A stretch of DNA of 64,000 bases, taken from Epithemia pelagica. Lineage: Eukaryota > Protista > Bacillariophyta. The notes under the pieces are model-generated. The model was given only the letters and a program-made list of their open reading frames with translations. It made no database searches and was not told the DNA's origin. Shown piece by piece: positions 11,542 through 23,369 of this stretch. The stretch lies in assembly GCA_946965045.2 (NCBI GenBank), contig OX337236.1:2294001-2358000 (forward strand), in the 5' to 3' direction. Numbering within the stretch: the first letter of the stretch is position 1; each line of letters opens with the position of its first letter. Both the position numbers and the translations under genes were made by a program.

Positions 11542-12233
11542 CCTTACTGTTTTTTATGATGAGGACGATCCTCGTCGAAAAATGCCAACAACACACATAA
11601 AAAATTGGCCATCAGATATCAGATCACTGACTGTGTCTGTCGCTCAGGAAACCAATTGCTCTCCTTCTGCAATACAAAAGAACAATGCAAGACGAAAGAT
11701 CCAGTATCCAGTATTTCCTGCGATTGGTCAAGAGCAGAGGGCAGATGACGAACCAGGGATACTCGGTATTTTTTGTGGACCACATACAAATATAGACAAA
11801 CTACCACAAACTACTATGTCGAATAGACTTTTTGTGGTATAGCTCTACTTATTAAGACCGTTATAAGACGTTATACTACAATACCCCCAATGCGGAGTTG
11901 AGCGATGTGGATAAATGTTGTCAATTGTTGATAATTGTTGAGCGTGCCATGTTCCTAAATAGACAAATAGAAAATTCTAAGTAGAATTGTTTTTCTGCTG
12001 CTCCCCCAAAGCCCCCCAAAAATTAGTCCCGAATGCATCGCATGCAGTCACAGTTGACTGCATAGCACATGGCACGAAATTTCTTCGCCATGTGCAACAT
12101 GATGAGTTTGACGTGATGAATGCTTATGTGTTCTTTTCTCGATTGTCGTGCATCGTGCAAGTTGACCATGGCCGACGGTACGGTGGAAATGGCGGTTCAG
12201 ACTGGTTGTTTCGACAGCCTTGTCTGGACGAAT

Positions 12234-12392
12234 CCACAAATCCACAAATCCACAAATCCACAAATCCACAAATCCACAAATCCACAAATCCACAAATCCA
12301 CAAATCCACAAATCCACAAATCCACAAATCCACAAATCCACAAATCCACAAATCCACAAATCCACAAATCCACAAATCCACAAATCCACAAA
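12234..12392 (+). repeat. (CCACAAAT) x about 20 array in left TIR of Harbinger element 2
   Basis: 19 full units plus CCACAAA. Confidence 0.95.
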
Positions 12393-12526
12393 CGACGCAA
12401 CAACACAAACGACGCAACAATCAAACATCTTATCTCTGCTACTATGGGTTAATGTTGACTAAGGTAAGTAAATGAGCCGAAAGGGCGAGGACTGTCTTGA
12501 TTCTTGGTTGTTGCGGTCTTTCACGC

Positions 12527-13006
12527 TCACATGGTTTGTCCCCCCACAGGGTCAGCACGTACTGCAGTCGGTGCAGCAGTCGCATTGGACTGATTCTCGA
12601 CGGGTTCGAATACAACCCACTTCCAATCTGCTGCAGGACCAAGGGTATTCTGGGTCAGGATTGCGTCGTGGAGATACAGCTGGAAGATCTGGGTCATCCT
12701 GGATGAATCGGTCACCCCACACATCGCAATTTTCTTACAAAGCTTGCGGAGAAGTGCCTCGACGTCCTTTTGCTGGTCGAGGATGGCATCTTCGAGGTTG
12801 TCGGGGGGCTCTTCGTTGTCGGGGATCTCCTTCACGTTCACTTTGCGGACCCTCGTCCACTTTTTCCGCCCATTTTCCTTCTTGATAGCGACGTACGCCA
12901 TCTTTGCAGTATCCTGCTTGCTGGCATTCCTCCAGCCCTTCATGCCAACGTAAGTGCCTCCTGTGAAGGCAATGCGGCAGCCAATCTCAAATTCTTCGTC
13001 CGCCAT
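12527..13006 (-). CDS. Harbinger accessory ORF A (159 aa), unknown function
   Basis: ATG-initiated intact ORF, divergent from the transposase. N-terminal small beta-rich segment (RIAFTGGTYVGMKGW) followed by a helical region. Confidence 0.7.
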   Translation of the reverse strand: MADEEFEIGCRIAFTGGTYVGMKGWRNASKQDTAKMAYVAIKKENGRKKWTRVRKVNVKEIPDNEEPPDNLEDAILDQQKDVEALLRKLCKKIAMCGVTDSSRMTQIFQLYLHDAILTQNTLGPAADWKWVVFEPVENQSNATAAPTAVRADPVGGQTM

Positions 13007-13159
13007 GGTGCGTAGTATCCAACAATCAAAGAGAATGGGAAAATTGTGACCACTCGTGTTCGCGTTTACAAAAACGAGTTCGTCTACTTGTTATCGCTAA
13101 AATAAAGTAGTCAGAACACAGGCTTCATCTACTTGTACATTTCTTATAGTTATTCAAAG

Positions 13160-14059
13160 ATGCTTCTAACGCCTCACGAAATGATGATGCAAGGATTGAA
13201 CTTCCTTGGCATCCATCCTCCTCCTTGTGCACGAGAGAGCACGAAGTACAGCGACCTTTTCCATAAGCATTATGGTTCGTCTACTTTAGTTGTTGCTTCT
13301 CTATGGTTTGACCTTGCACATGCGTCGGTCAATGGCGAATGCTTGCTATTAGAGAAGGAGATGACAACGAGTGGCCTACGGCAATTCCTTATGGCTATCT
13401 ACTTTCTTTGGGTCTATCCCAAGAATGCCGAACTTCTTGCCTCGGTATTCAATGTATGCGCGTCCTACTGCCAAGGTAAGAGGCTGTGGCGTTGGATTGA
13501 GAAGATACAGGCGATGAAGACGATTAAAATCACCTGGCCAGATTTCTCGGAAATTTTTTGCATTACTGTGGATGGAGTGGACTTCAAAACGTGGGAGCCC
13601 AAGCATCCCATCCATCACCGTGACAAGGGGGCCTATTCCCCAAAGTTCAATCATGGCGGTGTGAAGTATGAACTGGGTGTTGCTGTGTTTCAACCAAAAA
13701 TTGTATGGACAAATGGCCCCTTCAAAGCTGCTGTACATGACTTAACGGTATTTCGTGCAGGGCTCAAGCAGAAGATTGGTCCAGGAAAAAAGGTAATTGC
13801 TGACCGTGGATACCGCTCAGACGACAAGCACGAGCAGTCAATGCTTTCCCTACCGTATCACGGAGACAGTGCCGAGCTCAAGAGCTTCAAGAGCCGTGCG
13901 CGCTGTCGCCATGAAAGTGTCAACGGACGGATTAAAAACTTCCGAGCGATGGAAGACACCTTTCGTCATGGCAAAGAGAAACACAAAATCACCTTCGAGG
14001 CTGTATGCGTCATTGTGCAATACCAAATGGATAATGGCGCTGAGGTTTTCCAAGTCTAG
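13160..14059 (+). CDS. PIF/Harbinger (IS5-like, DDE_Tnp_4) transposase, 299 aa
   Basis: Catalytic-looking motifs ITVDGVDF, YSPKF..GVKYE, GPF..AVHD, IADRGY and RCRHESVNGRIK; no stops. Confidence 0.9.
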   Translation: MLLTPHEMMMQGLNFLGIHPPPCARESTKYSDLFHKHYGSSTLVVASLWFDLAHASVNGECLLLEKEMTTSGLRQFLMAIYFLWVYPKNAELLASVFNVCASYCQGKRLWRWIEKIQAMKTIKITWPDFSEIFCITVDGVDFKTWEPKHPIHHRDKGAYSPKFNHGGVKYELGVAVFQPKIVWTNGPFKAAVHDLTVFRAGLKQKIGPGKKVIADRGYRSDDKHEQSMLSLPYHGDSAELKSFKSRARCRHESVNGRIKNFRAMEDTFRHGKEKHKITFEAVCVIVQYQMDNGAEVFQV

Positions 14060-14266
14060 GAGAAGGAGTAGGTGCTCTACAAGATTGATAGTTCTAATAC
14101 AATAGTGAAATCTTAACGACAAACTACTACCTGATTACTCACTACCAATATTCATATGCATGTTTATGCTGTGTACAGTGGCCAAGAAACAATTGCCTCT
14201 GAGTCGCTGTCGACAACACAAAGAAGTTTTTCATGTGATGTACTCTACTGGTACTCGTACCAAGAC

Positions 14267-15940
14267 TCAAAACTTTTTCTTCCGAGTCGTCTTACCATTG
14301 CCCTGAGGAGAAAACAAATCCTTGACTCCCTGTTTGCGTTGCTTGTTCTTCGCACGCCTCGACGATCCCTTGACGACGATGCGCCAAAAGACAATCATCC
14401 CAAGCATACCATTCGGGAGATCCTCGTCTTCGTCTTCATTCTCCGCTTGTGACTCCAACTCCACAATGCTTGCAGTCGTAGAATCGGACTCCGCCATCGT
14501 TTCACCTCGAGCAACACTGGCAGCATGATCACCAGTTGGGCCACCCTCGAATTGCACTTCGTCGTCGTCCTCCTCCTCATGATTAATTGTGAGAGGGATC
14601 ATCTCTGTTGGTATTTCATACTCCTCACCAGCAAGGACGGAGTTGTCCAGAACTATTTTCGACGGGAAAACAAGAATCCAGTAAGCCATCTCTCGCTCTT
14701 TGCTGCCCTTGACAGCGAAGTATGTCTTGTTGTGCTCCTGAAGAAACGCCTTGCATCGAGGACCCATTCTGGGGTGAGAATGGTATCGTCGCACATTCCT
14801 CAGCCAGAAGTCCCTGGAAACTCCCTTGATCAACACCTTGGGGCCAGGGATATGCGTGTACTCTTCGGGCTTGGGGATCTGTGCTTCCCAAGTGGTGTAG
14901 TCCGAGCTACCTGGCGAAATCGATCGGTGAATGTAAACGCTGTTCCAGGTGTGCTCGTTGTAAACCATGTCGGTCACATAGAAGACCTCGAACTCCCTGT
15001 TCCTCTCGGGGTGATCCAGATCCACATAGATGACGAATGGATTCTCCTTGGTTCCCTCAAGAACTCGGGAAGAAGAATTGGTTACCTCGAGGGACGAAAA
15101 GCTTGAAGTCAAATCAGGAACACTCATCTTCTTGTTATCAACAATCAACGGTGTCCTCGTGGATGAATCAACAATCTTCGAAGGGGGGGCTGTTTCCAAT
15201 GGAACAGAATGTGTTGGAGTCGGGGTTGAGCGGCGCGCCTCAGCAAACGCAACAACTTTCTTGGTCGGTTGCTTCGAGAGAGCACGAGTAGGAGGGATTA
15301 TGGCGTCGGTGATGGCGTTGAGGCCAAAGCCTTCTGCGCTGTCAACAGTGTACTCCTCGTCGGAGTCGGGTGGGGTGCAGTCGCTTGCGTCTTCCCCGTT
15401 GGGTTCCTTCTTCTCTGGCTTGGTCTCGGGTTCCTTCTTCTCTGGCTTGGTCTCGGGTTCCTTCTTCTCTTCCTCGGTCGCTGACTTCTGCGACTCGCCA
15501 AGTTCTTGGTAGGTCTTATCAGAAGGTTGGACCTTCAGTTCCTTGAGGCGAGAAACGTACTGGTCAATAGGAAGCTTCTTGAAGTAGCTCCACTTGGTCT
15601 GAAATGCTCTGCGGAGCAACGAACCACTTTCCCCGTATGTATTGGGGTACCTGTCGCAGATCGAGACAAAACGGAGGCTCTGTCGACTCTTGTTGAGCTT
15701 CTCAACGTCTCTTAAAAGCTCAAGAGTCTGAAGACCCGACAGGTGAATCCTTACTTCGTTGTTTGCTTTGGAGTTTTTTTTTTGACATTGTGAGATTTTG
15801 TCTGTTGCATGCGAGTTTCCAAGGAGAGAGTCGAGCAAGACAATGCATCTTATTTGGATAACCACTCCTGTATAGAATATGTTACTAGTTTGAATTCTTT
15901 TGCTATGTAAATGGGTTATGCTGGCGGATATTGATGGCAT
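14267..15940 (-). CDS. Harbinger accessory ORF B (about 557 aa), unknown function
   Basis: Long intact ORF convergent on the transposase, with acidic/low-complexity linkers and a KKEPETKPE duplication. Start may involve an intron. Confidence 0.7.
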   Translation of the reverse strand: MPSISASITHLHSKRIQTSNIFYTGVVIQIRCIVLLDSLLGNSHATDKISQCQKKNSKANNEVRIHLSGLQTLELLRDVEKLNKSRQSLRFVSICDRYPNTYGESGSLLRRAFQTKWSYFKKLPIDQYVSRLKELKVQPSDKTYQELGESQKSATEEEKKEPETKPEKKEPETKPEKKEPNGEDASDCTPPDSDEEYTVDSAEGFGLNAITDAIIPPTRALSKQPTKKVVAFAEARRSTPTPTHSVPLETAPPSKIVDSSTRTPLIVDNKKMSVPDLTSSFSSLEVTNSSSRVLEGTKENPFVIYVDLDHPERNREFEVFYVTDMVYNEHTWNSVYIHRSISPGSSDYTTWEAQIPKPEEYTHIPGPKVLIKGVSRDFWLRNVRRYHSHPRMGPRCKAFLQEHNKTYFAVKGSKEREMAYWILVFPSKIVLDNSVLAGEEYEIPTEMIPLTINHEEEDDDEVQFEGGPTGDHAASVARGETMAESDSTTASIVELESQAENEDEDEDLPNGMLGMIVFWRIVVKGSSRRAKNKQRKQGVKDLFSPQGNGKTTRKKKF

Positions 15941-16160
15941 TAGGTGCTGTCTGGCGACAGCAATGCTGTGACTCGTGACCAGGTCGTGATTGTTGTGTTC
16001 GGAAACGAAAAGAATGTGAAGCCGAGTCGAGTTCTCCTTTCTTGTTGTGTTTTCTTTCTTGAGCCCCTTCTGGGCTCAACAAAGTCGCAAGCATTGGGAC
16101 GTGCGACCAGCACTGAGAGAACAGAGCAGCAAGTACCGTGTTTGATTGTTGTTTTTAACC

Positions 16161-16745
16161 ATGGCCCAATCATCCAAAGACGGGTGGATTGTTTGGAGAA
16201 ACTCCGAAAGTCGATCCATCTTGTTGCTGGACTTGGAAAGCGGCGTTCTTCCACTTGATATCACAGCCCAGGAAGCTTGGGAGATCTACGCCTTGGAACC
16301 TGTGTTTATTGTTGAGGGTGTGGTCTTTGACCAATTCAAGGCCCGACTCGCAGGCCACCGGAAACAGGTGCGACGCGACCATGCTCAGCGTCAGCACGAA
16401 GAAGCGGCTCTCGTCCACGACCGTCAGTTGTATCCGCGTGCCTTCGTCAACCATCGTGCGGAACCAGTCTTCGACATGTCCGAAGCAAAGACTTTTTTGG
16501 AGCAAGATGTCGAATGTGGGAAGCCGCAGACGATGACAATGTCGGCATTGTACCATTCGCGGCAGGCCTACCTCAAGTTTCGACCAGACATCTTTCGACA
16601 ACGCGTCTATCAAGAACAGCGTCGCCAGAAGTTTCTCGTGTACCTGGAGCAGAAACGAGTTCTCAAGGAAGAAGCTGCAGAGAAAAGGAGAAAGAAGGTC
16701 AGAGAAAAAGCGAGACAGACAAAAGAGAAAAGTGAAACAACTTAA
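16161..16745 (+). CDS. Harbinger accessory ORF C (194 aa), two-repeat helical protein, candidate Myb/SANT-like DNA binder
   Basis: Intact ORF with two similar units (WRNSESRSILLLDLESG.. and FDMSEAKTFLEQDVECG..) and a basic C-terminal tail. Myb-like identity is inference only. Confidence 0.65.
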   Translation: MAQSSKDGWIVWRNSESRSILLLDLESGVLPLDITAQEAWEIYALEPVFIVEGVVFDQFKARLAGHRKQVRRDHAQRQHEEAALVHDRQLYPRAFVNHRAEPVFDMSEAKTFLEQDVECGKPQTMTMSALYHSRQAYLKFRPDIFRQRVYQEQRRQKFLVYLEQKRVLKEEAAEKRRKKVREKARQTKEKSETT

Positions 16746-16829
16746 CGTCCTGACTGGCCGATGACTCCGTAGAACATTAACCCATAGTAGCAGTTGTTTG
16801 ATTGTTGCGTCGTTTGTGTTGTTGCGTCG

Positions 16830-16988
16830 TTTGTGGATTTGTGGATTTGTGGATTTGTGGATTTGTGGATTTGTGGATTTGTGGATTTGTGGATTTGTGG
16901 ATTTGTGGATTTGTGGATTTGTGGATTTGTGGATTTGTGGATTTGTGGATTTGTGGATTTGTGGATTTGTGGATTTGTGGATTTGTGG
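16830..16988 (-). repeat. (ATTTGTGG) x about 20 array in right TIR of Harbinger element 2
   Basis: Same copy number as the left-arm array. Confidence 0.95.
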
Positions 16989-17691
16989 ATTTGTCCAGAC
17001 AAGGCTGTCGAAACAACCAGTCTGAACCGCCATTTCCACCGTACCGTCGGCCATGGTCAACTTGCACGATGCACGACGATCGAGAAAAGAACACATAATC
17101 ATTCATCATGTCAAACTCATCATGTTGCACATGGCGAAGAAATTTCGTGCCATGTGCTATGCAGTCAACTGTGACTGCATGCGATGCATTCGGGACTAAT
17201 TTTTGGGGGGCTTTGGGGGAGCAGCAGAAAAACAATTCTACTTAGAATTTTCTATTTGTCTATTTAGGAACATGGCACGCTCAACAATTATCAACAATTG
17301 ACAACATTTATCCACATCGCTCAACTCCGCATTGGGGGTATTGTAGTATAACGTCTTATAACGGTCTTAATAAGTAGAGCTATACCACAAAAAGTCTATA
17401 CGACATCGTAGTTTGTGGAAGTTTGTCTATATTTGTATGTGGTCCACAAAAAATACCGAGTATCCCAGAAAGTGGATTCCGTTCTCTCGAAAAAGATCGC
17501 AATTGCAGATGCTTGTGGTCCGGAGTCCGGAGTAATCTTGATGCGGGAAACGGTCAGACCATATTAGTCCTATTTGACGTCGCATATAAGGCATAAGGCC
17601 GCATTATTTGATCGGAGAAAAAAGAAACTGGACAAAGATTTAGATTCGTCGTTTGTCAACAACAGAGCAAAGAGCAAGAGACAAGCAGTAC

Positions 17692-18273
17692 TAGTGTTGG
17701 GGGAACGCTATTTCAACGACGGGAATTGGGAACGTTCCCATTGATCCCATTGATATCAATGGGAACGTTCCCATTCTTAGTGGAATTCCCAAAACGACAC
17801 CTTTTCACCTAATGCAGGTTGCACATGGCTGAGATCTTAGTAATTAAGGAGTTCATCAATGTTGTAGTCACTGTCAGTGCCATCATCACCTGCTTCCATA
17901 TGCGGGTGATGGAGTTCTTGTGTTCCAAGCAAACACATTCTTCTTCTTCTCCTCCTATCTCCGCCTCGTTGTCCTTCAGACGCTCCAACTCTAAGTTGGT
18001 CGACTCACCGCAACCAGCAGTATCCATTTCTTTCTTTGATGTGGGACTTTGTGCTTTCAAACTACAAAAGATATTTGGCATCCGCAATCATTCAAAGATA
18101 TCTTCGACACCTTTTGACGCGCACAATCGTACCACATACTTAAAATCGCACTATAATGTAGGCAGTCGCACTTGGGAATTCCCATCGGCTTTTTGGCGGC
18201 GACGGGAATTGGGAACGGGAATTCCCATTCCCACGGGGCGAGGAATTCCCCCTGCCAGATTCCCCCAACCCTA
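17692..18273. mobile_element. 582-bp MITE-like element with palindromic subterminal repeats
   Basis: TAGTGTTGGGGGAA at the left end, TTCCCCCAACCCTA at the right end (1 mismatch), GTAC on both flanks, and multiple GGGAATTCCC/GGGAACGTTCCC palindromes near both ends. Confidence 0.65.
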
Positions 18274-18476
18274 GTACGAAGTACGAAGTATGATGTACGA
18301 TTTACCCAGACGCACGAGTCACTACTGAGTCACTACCTAGTCCGCATTCCGCATTCTCATCTAGCTCTACTAGCTACTCCTACTAGCTACTCTACTAAGT
18401 AGAAGAGTTAGGAGTTAGGAGTAGCATTGATTATTGATTATTGATAATAGATTTTCTTACTCCTACTCATACTCTT

Positions 18477-18964
18477 CGCGGGGATCGACCCAGCGAACAC
18501 ATCCTGCAGGTTGGAGCGGTCTGTGTTGTCGCGAGGTCGTCACAGTAGCTAGTAGGAGAGAGTGCTAGGATGTAGACACACACGTTTGCCGAAAGGCCCA
18601 GAAGGAACCAAGATGGCTCCCACGGGCGGGAAAGGGGAATTTTTGATTGTCTTAGTCTATCTATCTCTATGTAGACCTCTCAAGAAGGCAGTTGCAATGC
18701 TTGCAATCTCAAGAATTGTGAGCATGGACATCGCATCAGAGATGTCCAAGTCCGGTGGGGCTTGTCGTAGTCTATGTGCGATCAACTGCCCCGCTCCAAC
18801 GTACGCACGACAGACACCGCGGGGATCGATCCAGCGAACACATCCTGCAGGTTGGAGCGGTCTGTGTTGTCGCGAGGTCGTCACAGTAGCTAGTAGGAGA
18901 GAGTGCTAGGATGTAGACACACACGTTTGCCGAAAGGCCCAGAAGGAACCAAGATGGCTCCCAC
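18477..18964 (-). repeat. Ngaro 3' repeats B2 (18477-18623), A2 (18640-18817), B1 (18818-18964)
   Basis: B copies are 147 bp and near-identical. A2 is 178 bp and matches 26223-26400. Confidence 0.95.
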
Positions 18965-19018
18965 CACCATTGAAGAAGAAGGCATCTCGGAAGTGTCAGA
19001 CTCGTTTGGATCTTGTTC

Positions 19019-20357
19019 TCAAAACTCCAGATTCAACTGCGTCGAAAAGGTTCCAAATGCAACGGCGCCATTGAACTTGATTTCCTCAGGAGACTCGATT
19101 GCTGCTTCGATATTGGATTGGATTGCGTCGATGTCTCCTTGATCCATTGTTGTTTGATTGGCCGGGTCGACGTGGTGGAAGTCTGGATTCGTCAACATGG
19201 CCGTTGACATGCCTGCCGTCCACTCCATCACTTGTGGACGAATGTATCGAAGGAAGGCCGCTGACGACCATCGACCAAGAATCATTATTTTCAGAACCGA
19301 AGTGTGGGCAAGAAAGAGCGCCACGGCGGCCCCAGAGCGGAGTGAATGGGTGCCGATTTCCATCGGTCGGTACCCAAAGATCGATTGTCCTCCTCCCGAA
19401 GTGCAGGTCCTCCGAAGGAGTTTGATGGTGTCTTCCGCTCGAATGTACCTTGGCTTTGGCTACGTGTTGGTTGACAGTTGTTGTGGGTCAAACCAACAAT
19501 TAACCGGCGTTGTTGGGGGTGCGTCCGGCCAGTAATGGAGGATTCGTCTCACAATGCGTCCCCAAAGTCGAACGGGGCAAAGGATGGGGTCGTGAGTTCG
19601 GCTTTGGGTTCTTGTTTCGTTTTTTTTTGTCCAATTTTTGTTGAGTGAACGTGATTGAGACAAAGAAGGCCTTCTCGTTGAAGTCGGGGTCGGTCGGTCT
19701 AATCTTGGATCGCAACTCGTCGTTGCGTTTGAAGCAAATGTTGCCTATCGTCAGCAACTTCGTTCTCCCACGTTGTTTTACTGTGGAGTACTCGCAACTC
19801 CGCATCGCAAAAAAGTATCCGGCGAGGGCGAGGTCAGCGATGCAAGCCTCAAAGGTTGACAGGTCAATGTTGCCATGGATTTTTGTGGCGTACTCCCACA
19901 TGAATCGAAGGTGGCGTGGAGTGATCGCTTTTTGTCGTTTCTCGTCAGGGTCGATTTGAGCCCAAGCTTCTTTAAGGGACTCGATTATGGGGTGATACCG
20001 GTTGCATCCCGGGACGTGGCAGGGGCTTGGCCGGTCGTTATACCGGAAGCGCGATGCCACGTCGCTAAGGGCCTTCTCGAGAGTTGACGCTCGAAGAGGG
20101 TCCGTAGCCCCTCTTGTGAAAGCTCCATCTTGGAGTCTCTGCAAGAAGGTGCCGACGATCTGCGATCTCGTTCGAACGGTCTTGATGCCGTCCAAAAAGG
20201 GGTCGTCTCGAAGTCGGAAGAGGTCGAGGTGTTGGAGCCATCGACGCCAAGTCCTGTCGATGGCTTCGTTGGACGATTCGACGCGTCCAAAGAAAATTCT
20301 TGCAGCAGCGGTGCGACGGATGAGATCCATGACTGCACTTCGCTGGGTAGGGGGCAA
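19019..20357 (-). pseudogene. Tyrosine recombinase of the Ngaro element
   Basis: FFAMRSCEY (Arg), GTHSLRSGAA (H-x-x-R), LGRWSS..FLRYIRP (W, catalytic Y). Frameshift in the T-run near 19620 and a TAG at 19460-19462. Confidence 0.9.
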
Positions 20358-23357
20358 ATCCGGAAGTTCTTTGGAATCTGTGAAGGATATGAATCGTGGA
20401 TACGCTGGGTGAGAGTTTCATCACAACAATCAAACGTCCGCAATAAAAGGTCAGTAACCACGTTTGTTGTCCCTGGTATGTGCTCAGGATGGAGCAGAAA
20501 GTTGTACTCCAGCACTAACTCTGTCAGTTTCGCTGAGACCCGTTGGTGGTTGGGCTTGTTGGACCCAAAGGATGACTTGTGCATCCATCCAGTCGCTGAG
20601 CTACTGTCCGATAACCCCAGGACACGTGATTCAGAGGTAATGGCGCCGTCGTAACAATCAACCCAGATCGTGACGACCTGACAGACAAACTTGTAAAGGT
20701 TGTTGGAGAGTTTTAAGTCTGGGTCTTGGCCGAGTTTGTCGCTTTCCATTTTGGATGGGTTGGTTGCCAAGGCGTAGATCTCAGGGTCTAGTGGCACATG
20801 CCATGCCTTGCCGGTACGTACAGAGAATCCGCCCATGCCGTATGGGCAAGAGTCCGCTAGGACGACATTCGTTGGGCAGCGACACGTGAGAAGGTTCAGA
20901 CTCACTCCTTTGTGTGCTTTTTTTAGCAGTTTGGACCAAATGCGAAGGTCTTGTTTGATAGCTTTTGGGATCTTGTATCGGAACCAAGGTTTCGGGCGGT
21001 CTTGGTTCTGAGCCGAAGGAGTATCACGAGTTTCTTTGTTTTGCCGTCGTGCTTGGCCGTATTTTGCTCGGTGTTTCTTGAGGATGTGCTCTTTTAGCTC
21101 TTGTGTTCGCTTCGTGTGGTAAAGAGTCAGGGGGATTCCTTTACAGGCATGAATCATCTTCCCCCAACATCGACTCAAGTTCTTTAAACGTGACATAAAC
21201 CCGTTTCGGGTCAATCCACTCTCCAACTTCTCGTGACCAGCATGTAAACTTGTCGAATGGGAGTCGCATCAACAATCTACGAGTGTCGATTATCCATCCG
21301 AGGACTCGCATTTCTTCGGATGGGGCTCCTTCCGCTTTCATTTTGTCTTCGGCCAAAATATCATTGCGGTCGATCGGTACGTCTGGTCTTGATGGGGGTC
21401 GGACAAGAAGGTGAAAGACCAGTGGGACAATTCCCGGTGCTCGATTGATGTGCTCCGGACAATCCACAAACAATTGAATCATATCATCGATATACACGTC
21501 GTGGTATCCTTGTGGTCGTGGTTCTACATCCACCGCCATCGGTTGGCCGGCATGGAAAGGAATAGAGTCGTCAAGTCGTTGGACGTCACCCATCAAGTCC
21601 TGGAGTGGTGAACGAACTTTCGAAGGCTCCCACTCGTCCAAATCCGCAACGTCGTTGCAGAGGTCGCAGGATGCCTCCGAAAATACGCTGAACATCGCAG
21701 GATGTGGGCGGCCGCCGAAGGTGAGTCAAGTGAGGAGATTTGCAAATTCTCCACTCACATCCGTCGTGATTGTGTTTGCTACCAGGATACCGTCGCCGTT
21801 GATGCGACGGTATGCAGACCCCCAGTCGAACTTGCAAACAAGGATGCGCTTGTCTGGAAATTTTAGTCTTAAAGCGACAATCTGGTGGATGATCCTATCA
21901 AGACACCACCCGAATACCAAATCAATCAACTCAGATTCGTCGACTAAGTTGTTTAGAGACGGTGCGAAGCCGAGGGAGAAGGACTGATCATGGGCTAAGC
22001 GGTCCTTGATCACAATGTTGCCATGCTCATCAATACCGGCGTGTTGAGCAACACCGAGTGGTCCAGCTCTGCCTTGTTGGATCCGGCGAGCGCAGTCGAA
22101 GGAAATGGGAAAGGAGTATCCAAATTTTGTATCCTTCTTACACACCTTGATCAAAGCTTCAGGACGTTTTCGGGCTGAAGCGTGATTGCCGTATGCGAGA
22201 ATCGCATCATTTTCAAACTGACGATTTATATCTGGGGGTAGTGGCTTGAAATCATAACTGGCTCCATTGCGTAAGGTATCTTGAATCCGATTCCAGAATG
22301 GGTGATGACAAAGGAGCCGGGCGATGGAACTCAATGGACGAAATTCAGAACCGGGGCTGATTGTCGTGCCTGGGTAGGCATCAAAAAGTTTCTGGAGGTC
22401 GAAGTCGAATTGTTTGATCAAGTCCGAATTAAACTTCGCAGCTTCGGCAGATGTCTGGTGTTGGAATGGTGAAGGGAGTGGTGCTGGGACAACTTCCTCG
22501 CTGATGGCCAGAATAGTGTCGATCTTGTGGGTATGGGTCGGTGTAGCTAGTGGTGGGCGCCGTATCTTATTCGCAAAGATTAGCGATGGGTCATTTGGTA
22601 GATAGTGGTTGTCTCCTTGAAAGTCAACAAGGGAGGGATTGTCGTGGTTGTTGGTAGAAAGATTTTGGGGGCAAACAGGGTCGGACTCACCTAACATAGA
22701 TTCTCCGAGTTCGATCTCAGATTCAAGTCTGGAAAGGTTCCTTTGGAGGGATTTCCCAGTCAAATCGGATGAGATGATAGGAGAAGGAGAGCCAAACGAT
22801 CGCGGTTTACCAAAAGGAATTAGTTGGTTAGGCTTGGGGGTCAAGAGAACATTGCCTTGCTCGTGGTTCCGAATGGAAGCTTCTTCAATGTTCCGAATAA
22901 AATCTGCAGTTGCTGGTACGGTAGAAGGGTCTGTTGACGGAGCCAAGGATTGAGAACTCCGAGATTCATCTTTGGGGGAACGTAATATTGGTTGGGTCGT
23001 GCAGTCAATCTTGGGGGAATGAGAATTCGCAACTGTCGATGCGGGCTTATATCGATCGAAAATTTTGGTCTTGAAACTCTTCTGGAAACGGACTGTCGGT
23101 TCAGAGGGGGCTGGCGACGGTCGTAAGATCTTTTCCTTCACATCAGAAGAAGAGATTCGGCGTTCATCAGAAAAGACTTGGGGAATCAACGGAGTCGGTG
23201 CTTTTGGAACTTGAAAAGGAATATCACTTGGATCTGGAGGGATTGTAATTGGTTGTCTTCGTGTGATTGGTGGTGATGGAGGGTAGAGAGATGAGAAGTA
23301 AGAGGAACCGTTTTTTCTAGAAGAAGGAGATACGCTGTTACCAGAATCATCAATCAA
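19985..23357 (-). pseudogene. Reverse transcriptase + RNase H of the Ngaro element
   Basis: KFDWGSAYRR, (R)LTFGG, VYIDDM, RVLGW, LADSC..GMGGF, SDSSSA..W, HIPG..NVVTD. TGA at 21726-21728 and a frameshift in a homopolymer run near 21160. Overlaps YR in another frame. Confidence 0.9.
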
Positions 23358-23369
23358 CCCAACACTCTG

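Larger units (their letters stand above)
11757..17465. mobile_element. Apparently autonomous PIF/Harbinger-type transposon, 5.7 kb, about 700-bp TIRs, four ORFs
   Basis: TIRs 11757-12456 and 16773-17465, near-identical; CAG TSD (11754-11756, 17466-17468); intact DDE_Tnp_4-type transposase inside. Confidence 0.9.

Noticed and set aside
5926-16988. (CCACAAAT)n arrays as CRISPR or telomeric repeats, and the many ORFs over them (STNPQIHK / FVDLWICG)
   Set aside because: No spacers; the arrays are internal to TIRs and do not match TTAGGG-type telomeres. The ORFs are simply stop-free readings of an 8-mer repeat.
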